In this document: positions 9,454 to 20,041 of the stretch, one piece after another
Layout: every line of letters starts with the position of its first letter
Position numbering within the stretch: the stretch's first letter is position 1
DNA from: Candidatus Latescibacterota bacterium
GTDB lineage: Bacteria; Latescibacterota; UBA2968; UBA8231
DNA: 64,000 nucleotides
Reading direction: 5' to 3'
Assembly (NCBI GenBank): GCA_965215195.1
Contig: CBDCDC010000001.1
Location: 896,001-960,000, forward strand
Notes under the pieces: model-generated
What the model saw: the letters and a program-made list of their open reading frames with translations, nothing else
Told to the model about the DNA's origin: nothing
Database searches by the model: none
Program-made: the position numbers and the translations under genes

Positions 9454-12400
9454 ATGAAGTTTCTATATGTATGTCTGATGGGCTTGATGCTTTCTGCTCA
9501 AGCGAATACGGCGCAGCCATCCACTGTTGCCGGGCAGGTGCAGCGGGCCGATGGACGGCCCGTGGCCGGGGCTCAAGTGACGCTGTTTGACTTGGCTGAT
9601 TTGCATCAAGGCGCGGTGGCACGGGCGATGACCAATGCGGCCGGGCATTTTGCGCTGTCTCTGCAATCATTTTCGGCGGGCACGGCCCTGCCGGACGGCT
9701 TTGCACTCGGGCAGAATTACCCCAACCCGTTCAATCCTTCCACCATTATCCCCTATCAAATACCGGCGTCCGCTCACGTGCGGCTGGAAGTGTTCAATAT
9801 GCTGGGGCAGCGGCTGGCGACGTTAGTGGATGCCGAACGGCCGGCGGGAGCGCATACGGCGCAATGGGATGGCACGGATGCGGCGGGGCGGGCTGTGGGA
9901 GCGGGGGTGTATATCTATCGGCTGAGCAGCGGCGAGGTATCGGTGAGTCGGCGGATGGTGCTGGTGGATGGGCAAGCGGGGATGCCAGCGGCGGGAGGTG
10001 CTCCGGGGCCGGTGCGAGCGGTCGAGGGTTTGGTGGAAGCGGATGGGCCGGTTTATGGGTTGACCGTTTCAGGGGAGGGCTTGGTCCCTTACGTGGACCC
10101 GGCCTTTCAGGTTGAAGCAGGCCGGGCGTGGGTGGAGGTGGTGCTGGCCGCGCCGGCTCGCGCCAAGCGGCTGCCGGGGGAGGACCGTCTGTTAGGGGAT
10201 GTCGATGGCAAAGGCCGCGTCGATATAGTTGATGCGCTACTAGTAGCGGCCTCGGTGGGGCCCACGGGGCTGACAACCGGCGGCGATTTAGATGGCGTGG
10301 ACAACGGAGCCCGTCTCGGCCTTATAGACCTCGGCGACGTCAATGGCGATGGGGTTGTCAACCTAGTTGACGCCTATCTAATCGGGGTGTACAGCGTCAA
10401 TCCCTCCGATCCGGTATTGCCGGCGGGGATCGGGAAGCGCGTATCCTTCGCCAGCGACGGCACACCTAATAAGATGTACTGGACGGACCAAAATACGAAT
10501 AAGATTCAGCGGGCTAACCTCGATGGAACCAATGTCGAAGACCTCATCACCAACGGATTGGTTCATCCAGACGGCATCGCGCTGGATGTGGGGCGAGGAA
10601 AGATGTACTGGACCGACGCGACCACGACCGACTCGGACACGCGCAGGATTCAGCGGGCTAACCTCGATGGAACCAATGTCGAAGACCTCATCACCAACGG
10701 ATTGGGTCATCCAGTTGGCCTCGCGCTGGATGTGGGGCAAGGAAAGATGTACTGGACGGACTTGGGCACGGATAAGATTCAGCGGGCTAACCTCGATGGA
10801 ACCAATGTCGAAGACCTCATCACCCACGGATTGGATTTGCCAAAAGGCCTCGCGCTGGATGTGGGGCGAGGAAAGATGTACTGGACCGACCCGAGCAGGC
10901 GCAGGATTCAGCGGGCTAACCTCGATGGAACCAATGTCGAAGACCTCATCACCAACAGATTGAGTCAGATAAAAGGCCTCGCGCTGGATGTGGGGCGAGG
11001 AAAGATGTACTGGACCGACCCGAGCAGGCGCAGGATTCAGCGGGCTAACCTCGATGGAACCAATGTCGAAGACCTCATCACCAACGGATTGGTTCATCCA
11101 GACGGCATCGCGCTGGATGTGGGGCGAGGAAAGATGTACTGGACCGACGCGACCACGGGTAAGATTCAGCGGGCTAACCTCGATGGAACCAATGTCGAAG
11201 ACCTCATCACCAACGGATTGAATAGGCCAGCAGGCCTCGCGCTGGCCGCGCTGGCCGGTAGTGATGTCAGCGGGGAGAACGGCGGCAGTAGTCGTCCCGA
11301 CTTGGTGGTTGAATCGCCTTCGGTCAGCGACAACCCGCTGACGACCGGGCAATCCTTCACTCTGAGTGCCACCGTCCGCAATCGGGGTAATGGTCAGTCA
11401 GCCTCGACGACCTTGCGCTATTACCGCTCGGACGATTCGACGATCTCCACGACCGATGGGCAAGTCGGCACGGATACTGTGAGCGGCCTTTCAGCTTCGG
11501 CGACAAGTGCCGAATCAATCAATCTGACAGCCCCGTCAAGTGCGGGCACGTATTACTACGGCGCGTGCGTGGAAAGCGTCAGCGACGAAAGCGATACCAA
11601 TAACAACTGCTCAACCGGGGTACTCGTCATGGTGGGCAGCCCCGACCCAATCGTTGAATTGCCTAATAAGATGTACTGGGCGGACTCGGGCACGAATAAG
11701 ATTCAGCGGGCTAACCTCGATGGAACCAATGTCGAAGACCTCATCACCGGATTGAGGCTAAGAGGCCTCGCGCTGGATGTGGGGCGAGGAAAGATGTACT
11801 GGACGGCCTCGAGTGCGGACAAGATTCAGCAGGCCAACCTCGATGGAACCAATGTCGAAGACCTCATCACCCACGGATTGAGTCATCCAGTTGGCCTCGC
11901 GCTGGATGTGGGGCGAGGAAAGATGTACTGGATCAACTGGGGCACGCGCAAGATTCAGCGGGCTAACCTCGATGGAACCAATGTCGAAGACCTCATCACC
12001 GGATTGGATGCTCCAGAAGGCCTCGCGCTGGATGTGGGGCGAGGAAAGATGTACTGGGCGGACGCGGGCACGGGCTCTATTCAGCGGGCTAACCTCGATG
12101 GAACCAATGTCGAAGACCTCATCACCAACGGATTGGATGCTCCAATTGGCCTCGCGCTGGATGTGGGGCGAGGAAAGATGTACTGGACGGACGCGGGCAC
12201 GGACAAGATTCAGCGGGCTAACCTTGATGGTTCCAATGTCGAAGACCTCATCACCCACGGATTGAGTAATCGTAATCCAGTTGGCCTCGCGCTGGATGTG
12301 GGGCGAGGAAAGATGTACTGGACGGACTGGGTCACGCACAAGATTCAGCGGGCTAACCTCGATGGAACCAATGTCGAAGACCTCATCACCCACGGATTGA

Positions 12401-15400
12401 GTCATCCAGTTGGCCTCGCGCTGGTCGCGCTGGCCGATAGTGATGTCAGCGGGGGCGACGGCGGCAGTAGTCGTCCCGACTTGGTGGTTGAATCGCCTTC
12501 GGTCAGCGACAACCCGCTGACGACCGGGCAATCCTTCACTCTGAGTGCCACCGTCCGCAATCGGGGTAATGGTCAGTCAGCCTCGACGACCTTGCGCTAT
12601 TACCGCTCGGACGATTCGACGATCTCCACGACCGATGGGCAAGTCGGCACGGATACTGTGAGCGGCCTTTCAGCTTCGGCGACAAGTGCGGAATCAATCA
12701 ATCTGACAGCCCCGTCAAGTGCGGGCACGTATTACTACGGCGCGTGCGTGGAAAGCGTCAGCGACGAAAGCGATACCAATAACAACTGCTCAACCGGGGT
12801 ACTCGTCACGGTGGGCAGCCCCGACCCAATCGTTGAATTGCCTAATAAGATATACTGGACGGACCAAGATACGGGTAAGATTCAGCGGGCTAACCTCGAT
12901 GGTTCCAATGTCGAAGACCTCATCACCGGATTGGTTGTGCCAGACGGCATCGCGCTGGATGGAGGGCGAGGAAAGATGTACTGGACGCAATGGGGCATGG
13001 ATACGGGTAAGATTCAGCGGGCTAACCTCGATGGTTCCAATGTCGAAGACCTCATCACCGGATTGGAGAGACCAAGCGGCATCGCGCTGGATGTGGGGCG
13101 AGGAAAAATGTACTGGACGGACGCGGGCACGGACAAGATTCAGCGGGCTAACCTTGATGGTTCCAATGTCGAAGACCTCATCACCAGCGGGATATCCCCA
13201 ACCCGCATCGCGCTGGATGTGGAGCGAGGAAAGATGTACTGGACGCAGTGGGGTGCGCCGGGTAAGATTCAGCGGGCTAACCTTGATGGTTCCAATGTCG
13301 AAGACCTCATCACCAGCGCCGGTGAACTAAAAGGCAGAGGCATTGCTTTGGATGGGGTCAACGGCAAAATATACTGGTCGGAGACTCCATCCCTCAAGGT
13401 TAGCAGCTCGCGGATACGGCGGGCTAACCTCGACGGCTCCAATGTCGAAGACCTCATCACCAACGGATTGGAGTACCCAATCGCCATCGCGCTGGATGTG
13501 GGGCGAGGAAAGATGTACTGGGCGGACGTGTTAAAGAGTAAGATTCAGCGGGCTAACCTCGATGGTTCCAATGTCGAAGACCGCATCACCCACGGTTTTT
13601 ATTACCCACTCGCCATCGCGCTGGTCGCGCTGGCCGATAGTGCTGTCAGCGGCGGCGGGAGTCGTCCCGGTCCCGACTTGGTGGTTGAAAAGCCTTCGTT
13701 CAGCGACGATAGGCTTCGGACCGGACAATCCTTCACTCTGAGTGCCACCGTCCGCAATCTAGGTAATGGTCGGTCCGCCTCGACGACCTTGCGCTATTAC
13801 CGCTCGGACGATTCGACGATCTCCCCGAACGATAGGCACGTCGGCACGGGTAATGTCAGCGGCCTTTCGGCTTCGGCGACAAGTGCAGAATCAATCAATC
13901 TGACAGCCCCGTCAAGTGTGGGCGAGTATTACTACGGCGCATGCGTCGAAAGCGTCACCGACGAAAGCGATACCAATAACAACTGCTCAATCGGGGTGCG
14001 CGTCACGGTCAGGAGTCGTCCCGACTTGGTGGTTGAAAATCCTTCGGTCCGCGACAACTCGCTGACGACCGGGCAATCCTTCACTCTGAGTGCCACCGTC
14101 CGCAATCGAGGTAACGTTCGGTCCGCCTCGACGACCTTGCGCTATTACCGCTCGGACGATTCGACGATTTCCCCGAACGATAGGCAGGTCGGCACGGATA
14201 CTGTGAGGGGCCTTTCGGCTTCGGCGACGGCTTCGGAATCAATCTATCTGACAGCCCCGTCACGTGCGGGCACGTATTACTACGGCGCGTGCGTCGAAAG
14301 CGTCGCCGACGAAAGCGATACCAGCAACAACTGCTCAACCGGGGTGCGCGTCACAGTGGACAGCGGTGGCGGCGGCAGTAGTCGTCCCGACTTGGTGGTT
14401 GAATCGCCTTCGGTCAGCGACAACACGCTGACGGCCGGACAATCCTTCACCCTGAGGGCCACCGTCCGCAATCGGGGTAATGGTCGGTCCGCTTCTACAA
14501 CGCTACGCTATTACCGCTCGTCCAATTCGTCGATCTCCACGAATGATAGGCAAGTCGGCACGGATAATGTGAGAGGCCTTTCGGCTTCGGCGACGGCTTC
14601 GGAATCAATCCGTCTGACAGCCCCGTCACGTGCGGGCACGTATTACTACGGCGCGTGCGTGGAAAGCGTCACCGACGAAAGCGATACCAATAACAACTGC
14701 TCAACCGGGGTGCGCGTCACAGTTCGCAGCGGTGGCGGTGGTGACCTTGATGATCACAGCGATACCCGATCGGGCGCGACCGACCTTTCTTTGGGAGACG
14801 CACGCTCAGGGCGGATCGAAACCGGCGGGGATGTCGATTACTTCAGGGTGCAAGTCAGCAGCTCTGGGATCTTGACAGTTTACACCACAGGCGACACCGA
14901 TACTTATGGGACCCTGCAAAACAGTTCCGGTTCCGATTTGGAAGACGATGACGAGGCAGGATTAAGTAACAACTTCCGCATCGAACGTTCCGTGAGTGAG
15001 GGTACCTACTACATCCGAGTACGAGGGTATGACTCGTCAACGACTGGAAGCTATACCGTTCGCACACGTTTTCGGAACGGTGGCGGCGGCAGTAGTCGTC
15101 CCGACTTGGTGGTTGAATCGCCTTCGGTCAGCGACAACACGCTGACGGCCGGACAATCCTTCACCCTGAGGGCCACCGTCCGCAATCGGGGTAATGCTCG
15201 GTCCGCCTCAACGACCTTGCTCTACTACTACCGCTCGGACGATTCGACGCTCTCTAGGCCAGTCGGCACGGATAATGTGAGCGGCCTTTCGGCTTCGGCA
15301 ACAAGTGCGGAATCAATCCGTCTGAATGCGCCGTCAAATGCGGGCACGTATTACTACGGCGCGTGCGTCGAAAGCGTCGCCGACGAAAGTGATACCAGCA

Positions 15401-17820
15401 ACAACTGCTCAACCGGGGTGATTTTCACGGTCAGCAGTGGTGGGGGTGGCAGCACACGTCCCGACTTGGTGGTTGAATCGCCTTCGGTCAGCGACAACAC
15501 GCTGACGGCCGGACAATCCTTCACCCTGAGGGCCACCGTCCGCAATCGGGGTAATGCTCGGTCCGCCTCAACGACCTTGCTCTACTACTACCGCTCGGAC
15601 GATTCGTCGATAGTCGGCACGGATACTGTGAGCGGCCTTTCGGCTTCGGCGACGAGTGCGGAATCAATCAGTCTGATAGCCCCGTCACGTGCGGGCACGT
15701 ATTACTACGGCGCGTGTGTGGAAAGCGTCCCCGACGAAAGCGATACCAATAACAACTGCTCAACCGAGGTGCTCGTTACGGTCAGCAGCGATGGCGGCGG
15801 CAGTAGTCGTCCCGACTTGGTGGTTGAATCGCCTTCGGTCAGCGACAACACGCTGGCGGCCGGACAATCCTTCACCCTGAGTGCCACCGTCCACAATCGG
15901 GGTAATGGTCGGTCCGCCTCGACGACCTTGCGCTATTACCGCTCGTCCAATTCGTCGATCTCCACGAACGACAGGCAGGTCGGCACGGATACTGTGAGCG
16001 GCCTTTCGGCTTCGGCGACGAGTGCGGAATCAATCAGTCTGATAGCCCCGTCACGTGCGGGCACGTATTACTACGGCGCGTGCGTCGAAAGCGTCCCCGA
16101 CGAAAGCGATACCAATAACAACTGCTCAACCGAGGTGCGCGTCATGGTGGGCAGCGGTGGCGGTGGCAACGATGATCATAGCAATACCCGATCGGGCGCG
16201 ACCAACCTTCCTTTGGATGACTCACGCTCAGGGCGGATCGAAACCGGCGGGGATATCGATTACTTCCAAGTGCAAGTCAGCAGCTCTGGTACCTTGACCG
16301 TTTACACCACAGGCCGCACCGATACTTGGGGTACCCTGCAAAACAGTTCCGGTTCCGATCTGGCAAACGATGACGATGGAGGAGATGGTAACAATTTCCG
16401 CATCGAACGTACCGTGACTCCGGGCACCTACTACCTCCGAGTACGAGGGTATGACTCGTCAAAGACTGGAAGCTATACCGTTCACGCACGTTTTCAGAGG
16501 AGAGATGAGATCGGTGGCGGTGGCAACGATGATCACAGCGATACCCGATCGGGCGCGACCTTCCTTCCTTTGGGTGGGTCAGTCTTAGGGCGGATCGACA
16601 CCGGCGGGGATGTCGATTACTTCAGGGTGCAAGTCAGCAGCTCTGGGATCTTGACAGTTTACACCACAGGCGACACCGATACTTATGGGACCCTGCAAAA
16701 CAGTTCCGGTTCCGATTTGGCAAGCGATGACGATGGAGGAAGTGATAACAATTTCAGCATAGCACGTTCCGTGAGTGCGGGCACCTACTACATCCGAGTA
16801 CGAGGGTATGACTCGTCAGCGACTGGAAGCTATACCGTTCGCGCAAGTTTTCAGAGCGATGATACAGACTTCAATATCGAACTTGTCTTCCTCAATTCCG
16901 TCCTCACTTCATCTCAGTCGAACTCTGTGAAACAGATCGTCCAACAGGCGGCTACGCGCTGGGAGTCAGTCATTACAGGAGATCTTCCGGAGGTTGACCA
17001 CTCATCTAACCCGTGTGATATAGATATGAGAATAATAACAAGAAAATATACCAACCCCCCTATTCGCGTCGACGATGTCGTGGACGACCTGCGGATATTT
17101 GTTCATGTCGATAGCATTGACGGGTCAAGAAGAACTTTAGCACAGGCAACCCCGCTAGAGCTAAGGGATTCCCTCCTGCTGCCAGCTATCGCAGTGATAA
17201 TACTCGATGAAAGGGATATATCTAGTTCTAGTTCGTCGTATTTTCTGCAACGAATTGTTCTCCACGAGATGGCGCACGCTTTAGGGTTTACCGCCGATGT
17301 TTGGAATGAGAAAAATTTGATGCAGGGCCATGTATGGGATACGCTTTTCGGGCTCTTGCTAAAAGAAGATAGGGACGTGCGTTTCATTGGTCGGCGGGCA
17401 ATTGGGGCGTTCAACAACGCGGGAGGCCGGGATGATAAAGTGCCCGTGGAGAATTATACAACTGACGGGAAACGGAAGCCGGATTGGGGCACAGAATATT
17501 CTCATTGGAGGGAGTCCGTGTTCAGAGAAGGGAACAAGAGCGAGCTTATGGTCGGGAGAGTGGATACATCTTATGAATTTCCACTGAGCGCGATCACGAT
17601 CCAGTCCTTTGCCGATCTTGGCTACCAAGTTGACGCAAGTCAGGCCGACCCGTACACCATTCCCTCACCACCAGCAAGTAAGCCCGTTGCGGGCCATAGC
17701 TTGGAACTCAACTGTAGCTTGGACGTGAGGAGTATTCCTGTGGTTGATGAGAACGGACGCATCGTCCGCACCATCACACCATTTGCTTGGCGTTTGCCAT
17801 TAGGTCGGCGCGTGGATTAA
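9454..17820 (+). CDS. Giant secreted protein (~2788 aa): export/dockerin module, 3 six-bladed YWTD (LDL-receptor class B) propellers, 8 CARDB-like domains, 3 PPC-like domains, C-terminal leishmanolysin-like (M8) Zn-metallopeptidase
   Basis: Start MKFLYVCLMG parallels the 4907 gene; 18x KMYWTD...IQRANLDG; 8x PDLVVE..S; 3x DDHS.TRSGAT...GDVDYF; VLHEMAHALGF...SHW...ELM. Confidence 0.9.
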   Translation: MKFLYVCLMGLMLSAQANTAQPSTVAGQVQRADGRPVAGAQVTLFDLADLHQGAVARAMTNAAGHFALSLQSFSAGTALPDGFALGQNYPNPFNPSTIIPYQIPASAHVRLEVFNMLGQRLATLVDAERPAGAHTAQWDGTDAAGRAVGAGVYIYRLSSGEVSVSRRMVLVDGQAGMPAAGGAPGPVRAVEGLVEADGPVYGLTVSGEGLVPYVDPAFQVEAGRAWVEVVLAAPARAKRLPGEDRLLGDVDGKGRVDIVDALLVAASVGPTGLTTGGDLDGVDNGARLGLIDLGDVNGDGVVNLVDAYLIGVYSVNPSDPVLPAGIGKRVSFASDGTPNKMYWTDQNTNKIQRANLDGTNVEDLITNGLVHPDGIALDVGRGKMYWTDATTTDSDTRRIQRANLDGTNVEDLITNGLGHPVGLALDVGQGKMYWTDLGTDKIQRANLDGTNVEDLITHGLDLPKGLALDVGRGKMYWTDPSRRRIQRANLDGTNVEDLITNRLSQIKGLALDVGRGKMYWTDPSRRRIQRANLDGTNVEDLITNGLVHPDGIALDVGRGKMYWTDATTGKIQRANLDGTNVEDLITNGLNRPAGLALAALAGSDVSGENGGSSRPDLVVESPSVSDNPLTTGQSFTLSATVRNRGNGQSASTTLRYYRSDDSTISTTDGQVGTDTVSGLSASATSAESINLTAPSSAGTYYYGACVESVSDESDTNNNCSTGVLVMVGSPDPIVELPNKMYWADSGTNKIQRANLDGTNVEDLITGLRLRGLALDVGRGKMYWTASSADKIQQANLDGTNVEDLITHGLSHPVGLALDVGRGKMYWINWGTRKIQRANLDGTNVEDLITGLDAPEGLALDVGRGKMYWADAGTGSIQRANLDGTNVEDLITNGLDAPIGLALDVGRGKMYWTDAGTDKIQRANLDGSNVEDLITHGLSNRNPVGLALDVGRGKMYWTDWVTHKIQRANLDGTNVEDLITHGLSHPVGLALVALADSDVSGGDGGSSRPDLVVESPSVSDNPLTTGQSFTLSATVRNRGNGQSASTTLRYYRSDDSTISTTDGQVGTDTVSGLSASATSAESINLTAPSSAGTYYYGACVESVSDESDTNNNCSTGVLVTVGSPDPIVELPNKIYWTDQDTGKIQRANLDGSNVEDLITGLVVPDGIALDGGRGKMYWTQWGMDTGKIQRANLDGSNVEDLITGLERPSGIALDVGRGKMYWTDAGTDKIQRANLDGSNVEDLITSGISPTRIALDVERGKMYWTQWGAPGKIQRANLDGSNVEDLITSAGELKGRGIALDGVNGKIYWSETPSLKVSSSRIRRANLDGSNVEDLITNGLEYPIAIALDVGRGKMYWADVLKSKIQRANLDGSNVEDRITHGFYYPLAIALVALADSAVSGGGSRPGPDLVVEKPSFSDDRLRTGQSFTLSATVRNLGNGRSASTTLRYYRSDDSTISPNDRHVGTGNVSGLSASATSAESINLTAPSSVGEYYYGACVESVTDESDTNNNCSIGVRVTVRSRPDLVVENPSVRDNSLTTGQSFTLSATVRNRGNVRSASTTLRYYRSDDSTISPNDRQVGTDTVRGLSASATASESIYLTAPSRAGTYYYGACVESVADESDTSNNCSTGVRVTVDSGGGGSSRPDLVVESPSVSDNTLTAGQSFTLRATVRNRGNGRSASTTLRYYRSSNSSISTNDRQVGTDNVRGLSASATASESIRLTAPSRAGTYYYGACVESVTDESDTNNNCSTGVRVTVRSGGGGDLDDHSDTRSGATDLSLGDARSGRIETGGDVDYFRVQVSSSGILTVYTTGDTDTYGTLQNSSGSDLEDDDEAGLSNNFRIERSVSEGTYYIRVRGYDSSTTGSYTVRTRFRNGGGGSSRPDLVVESPSVSDNTLTAGQSFTLRATVRNRGNARSASTTLLYYYRSDDSTLSRPVGTDNVSGLSASATSAESIRLNAPSNAGTYYYGACVESVADESDTSNNCSTGVIFTVSSGGGGSTRPDLVVESPSVSDNTLTAGQSFTLRATVRNRGNARSASTTLLYYYRSDDSSIVGTDTVSGLSASATSAESISLIAPSRAGTYYYGACVESVPDESDTNNNCSTEVLVTVSSDGGGSSRPDLVVESPSVSDNTLAAGQSFTLSATVHNRGNGRSASTTLRYYRSSNSSISTNDRQVGTDTVSGLSASATSAESISLIAPSRAGTYYYGACVESVPDESDTNNNCSTEVRVMVGSGGGGNDDHSNTRSGATNLPLDDSRSGRIETGGDIDYFQVQVSSSGTLTVYTTGRTDTWGTLQNSSGSDLANDDDGGDGNNFRIERTVTPGTYYLRVRGYDSSKTGSYTVHARFQRRDEIGGGGNDDHSDTRSGATFLPLGGSVLGRIDTGGDVDYFRVQVSSSGILTVYTTGDTDTYGTLQNSSGSDLASDDDGGSDNNFSIARSVSAGTYYIRVRGYDSSATGSYTVRASFQSDDTDFNIELVFLNSVLTSSQSNSVKQIVQQAATRWESVITGDLPEVDHSSNPCDIDMRIITRKYTNPPIRVDDVVDDLRIFVHVDSIDGSRRTLAQATPLELRDSLLLPAIAVIILDERDISSSSSSYFLQRIVLHEMAHALGFTADVWNEKNLMQGHVWDTLFGLLLKEDRDVRFIGRRAIGAFNNAGGRDDKVPVENYTTDGKRKPDWGTEYSHWRESVFREGNKSELMVGRVDTSYEFPLSAITIQSFADLGYQVDASQADPYTIPSPPASKPVAGHSLELNCSLDVRSIPVVDENGRIVRTITPFAWRLPLGRRVD

Positions 17821-17828
17821 AACAAAAA

Positions 17829-17870
17829 AGCGGGGAGCTAGCGGACGAAAACGTCCACCAACTCCCCGCT
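17829..17870 (-). terminator. Intrinsic terminator between convergent genes
   Basis: agcggggag...ctccccgct stem with an A-run on its left (U-tract for the minus strand). Confidence 0.7.
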
Positions 17871-17895
17871 AGCCGGGCGCGGTATGCGATGCCTG

Positions 17896-18150
17896 TTAGT
17901 TGAGGTCGAGGACCTCCTCTAACGCCTCCATCTCTTGCAGGTCAATGTCGATGTCTAAGAGATCGGCGTCGCGCTGGCGGAAGAACTCCTCGCGCCGTCG
18001 GCGCTTGCGCGCATAGGGGGTCTCGATGTTGTAGAGCCGGCAGAGCCGGCTGAAACTGCCCGGGGCAATACCCAGCGCGCGACTGGCTTCTTGGTTGCTT
18101 GCGTAGATTCGCGCCGCGCGCTTGATGCGTTCTGGCTCGATTTTGCGCAT
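17896..18150 (-). CDS. Small Fis-like helix-turn-helix protein
   Basis: 84 aa; NQEASRALGIAPGSFSRLCRLYNI; GGAG RBS; acidic tail. Confidence 0.65.
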   Translation of the reverse strand: MRKIEPERIKRAARIYASNQEASRALGIAPGSFSRLCRLYNIETPYARKRRRREEFFRQRDADLLDIDIDLQEMEALEEVLDLN

Positions 18151-18788
18151 GGGTTTTTTCTCTCCAGATCTTCAATTGGTGCGAAGTTCGACGAAATTCA
18201 ACGAAAAAAGCCGCAGCATTTTGCGCCGCGGCCATTAAAAAAGCCGCTGGAAAGCGGCTGTATCGAGTTCGATGTATCGCCGGTTTCCGGGACGCAAAAG
18301 TGCCCTCCTTCTCGAAAGCGCTGTCCCGAAAACCCTGTGGGAAAGCCCTTGCACACGCGGTCAATCGCCTGAGACGATTACATTGCAAGTGCGAGGTGAA
18401 TTCCCGATTCGGCTGTGCGTTTTGGCCAGCCGATGCATGCAACCTGAAGAGTCGTGCGTATATCTAGGGCTCGGGACGAACGCGCAACGCGTGGATGCTG
18501 TTCGTAGCCCGCATATTTGGGACCGTATGGCCGCTCCCATCCGGGAGCCGGCTCCTGAAAGTACACGAGGATCGCATTGCGAAGAGAATCATTACTTGAG
18601 GCCCTCCTCTCCATGGTGATGTGCAATTTCTTTGCACGGTTTTTGATTGCTTTTTAGTTTCACTTACAAGGTTGTACAGTGTCAAGGAAAAAATGCCTAA
18701 GAACAGAAAAAAAAGATATTTACGTCATTTTTTGAATATCTCTTGATTAATCCGCATATTTATCAATTCAACGACGAAGGAGACCATT

Positions 18789-19106
18789 ATGTATTCGATT
18801 GGCTTGGCCATGCGGCTGCGTCCCAATGCGTACGCCGAGTACAAACAGGCCCACGACGACCTGTGGCCCGAAATCGCCGACAGCATGACCGACAACGAGG
18901 TCAGCATGGCCATCTATCGCTTGGGCGAACACCTCGTCATCCACGCGGTCGCCCCCACCGAGGAAGACTGGATCAAGAGCCGCCAAGTTCCCATTCTGGA
19001 AAAGTGGTACGCCTACATGGCCCAGTTGCTGGAGACCGACGACGAGGGGCAGATCATCTTCGAGGAGCTAGCCGAAGCCTTTGCCTTTGGTATGTTCAAG
19101 GGCTAG
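18789..19106 (+). CDS. rhaM: L-rhamnose mutarotase family protein
   Basis: MRLRPNAYAEYKQAHDDLWPEI...KWYAYMAQLLE; AAGGAG RBS. Confidence 0.75.
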   Translation: MYSIGLAMRLRPNAYAEYKQAHDDLWPEIADSMTDNEVSMAIYRLGEHLVIHAVAPTEEDWIKSRQVPILEKWYAYMAQLLETDDEGQIIFEELAEAFAFGMFKG

Positions 19107-19906
19107 GCCGCTTGCACCGGGTTTTGCAGCCGGCCGATCGGGTCTATTTCCACGATTACCTCGTCGCCGGCCGCGAGCCACACGGGCGGTTGGCGCGCAA
19201 AACCCACGCCCTGCGGGGTGCCGGTGAGGATGACCGTACCCGGCAGCAAGGTCGTATCTTGGCTGAGGAATTCGATCAGTTCGGCGACCGAGAAGATCAT
19301 GTCGCCGGTGGTGTGGTCCTGCATGGTCGCGCCGTTGAGGATCGTGCGGATGCCGAGGGTTTGCGGGTCCGGGATTTCGTCGGCTGTGACCAGCACCGGC
19401 CCCAAGGGGCAAAAGGTGTCAAAGCCCTTGCCGCGAATCCACTGACCGCCGCCGGCGTGGAGCTGCCACTTGCGGGCCGAGACGTCGTTGGCGCACGTGT
19501 ATCCGAGCACATAGCTGAGGGCGTCGGCCCGCGCCACATTGCGGGCGGCCTTGCCGATCACCACCGCAAGTTCGCACTCGTAGTCAACTTCCGGGCCGCG
19601 GCGACAGCAGGCTGGCAGCAGGATTGGGTCGCCCGGGCCGCAGACCGCGCTCGTGGGCTTGGCAAAGACGACGGGCTGCTCGGGCGGGGCGAGCCCGGAT
19701 TCGGCCGCGTGCTCTCGGTAGTTTAGCCCAATGCAGAAAATGTTGGTCGGAGCGAGCGGGGCGAGCCTCTTTTTGACGGCCACCTGTTCGCCCGTGGGCA
19801 CGAGTCCTCCGAAGAGATCGCCGGTGAGTGCGGAGGCTTGCCCGGCCTCGGCTTCGAGGCCCCAGCGGACGGCGTCGCCAGCGTCGATAAAGCGGATGAT
19901 GCGCAT
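19103..19906 (-). CDS. Fumarylacetoacetate hydrolase family protein
   Basis: CIGLNYREH, VDYECEL, ANDVSAR, GKGFDTFCPLGP, ILTGTPQGVG. Confidence 0.9.
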   Translation of the reverse strand: MRIIRFIDAGDAVRWGLEAEAGQASALTGDLFGGLVPTGEQVAVKKRLAPLAPTNIFCIGLNYREHAAESGLAPPEQPVVFAKPTSAVCGPGDPILLPACCRRGPEVDYECELAVVIGKAARNVARADALSYVLGYTCANDVSARKWQLHAGGGQWIRGKGFDTFCPLGPVLVTADEIPDPQTLGIRTILNGATMQDHTTGDMIFSVAELIEFLSQDTTLLPGTVILTGTPQGVGFARQPPVWLAAGDEVIVEIDPIGRLQNPVQAA

Positions 19907-20041
19907 GTCTTTCTCCTTTGTTTTCCAGCACTTGCACAAACCTTAAGGCAGGGCTGGCAGCTCGTCAAATAACCTTGACGCTTGAGGTGGGGCCGCCTAT
20001 TTTCCCCTTCTCAAAATTAAACCCAACGCGAGGAAAAGAGC

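Noticed and set aside
10378-12531. Long antisense and alternative-frame ORFs with repeats
   Set aside because: Shadows of the repetitive giant gene.
10468-13630. CRISPR-like array of constant repeats with variable spacers
   Set aside because: The repeats are in-frame coding YWTD blades inside one ORF; no cas genes.
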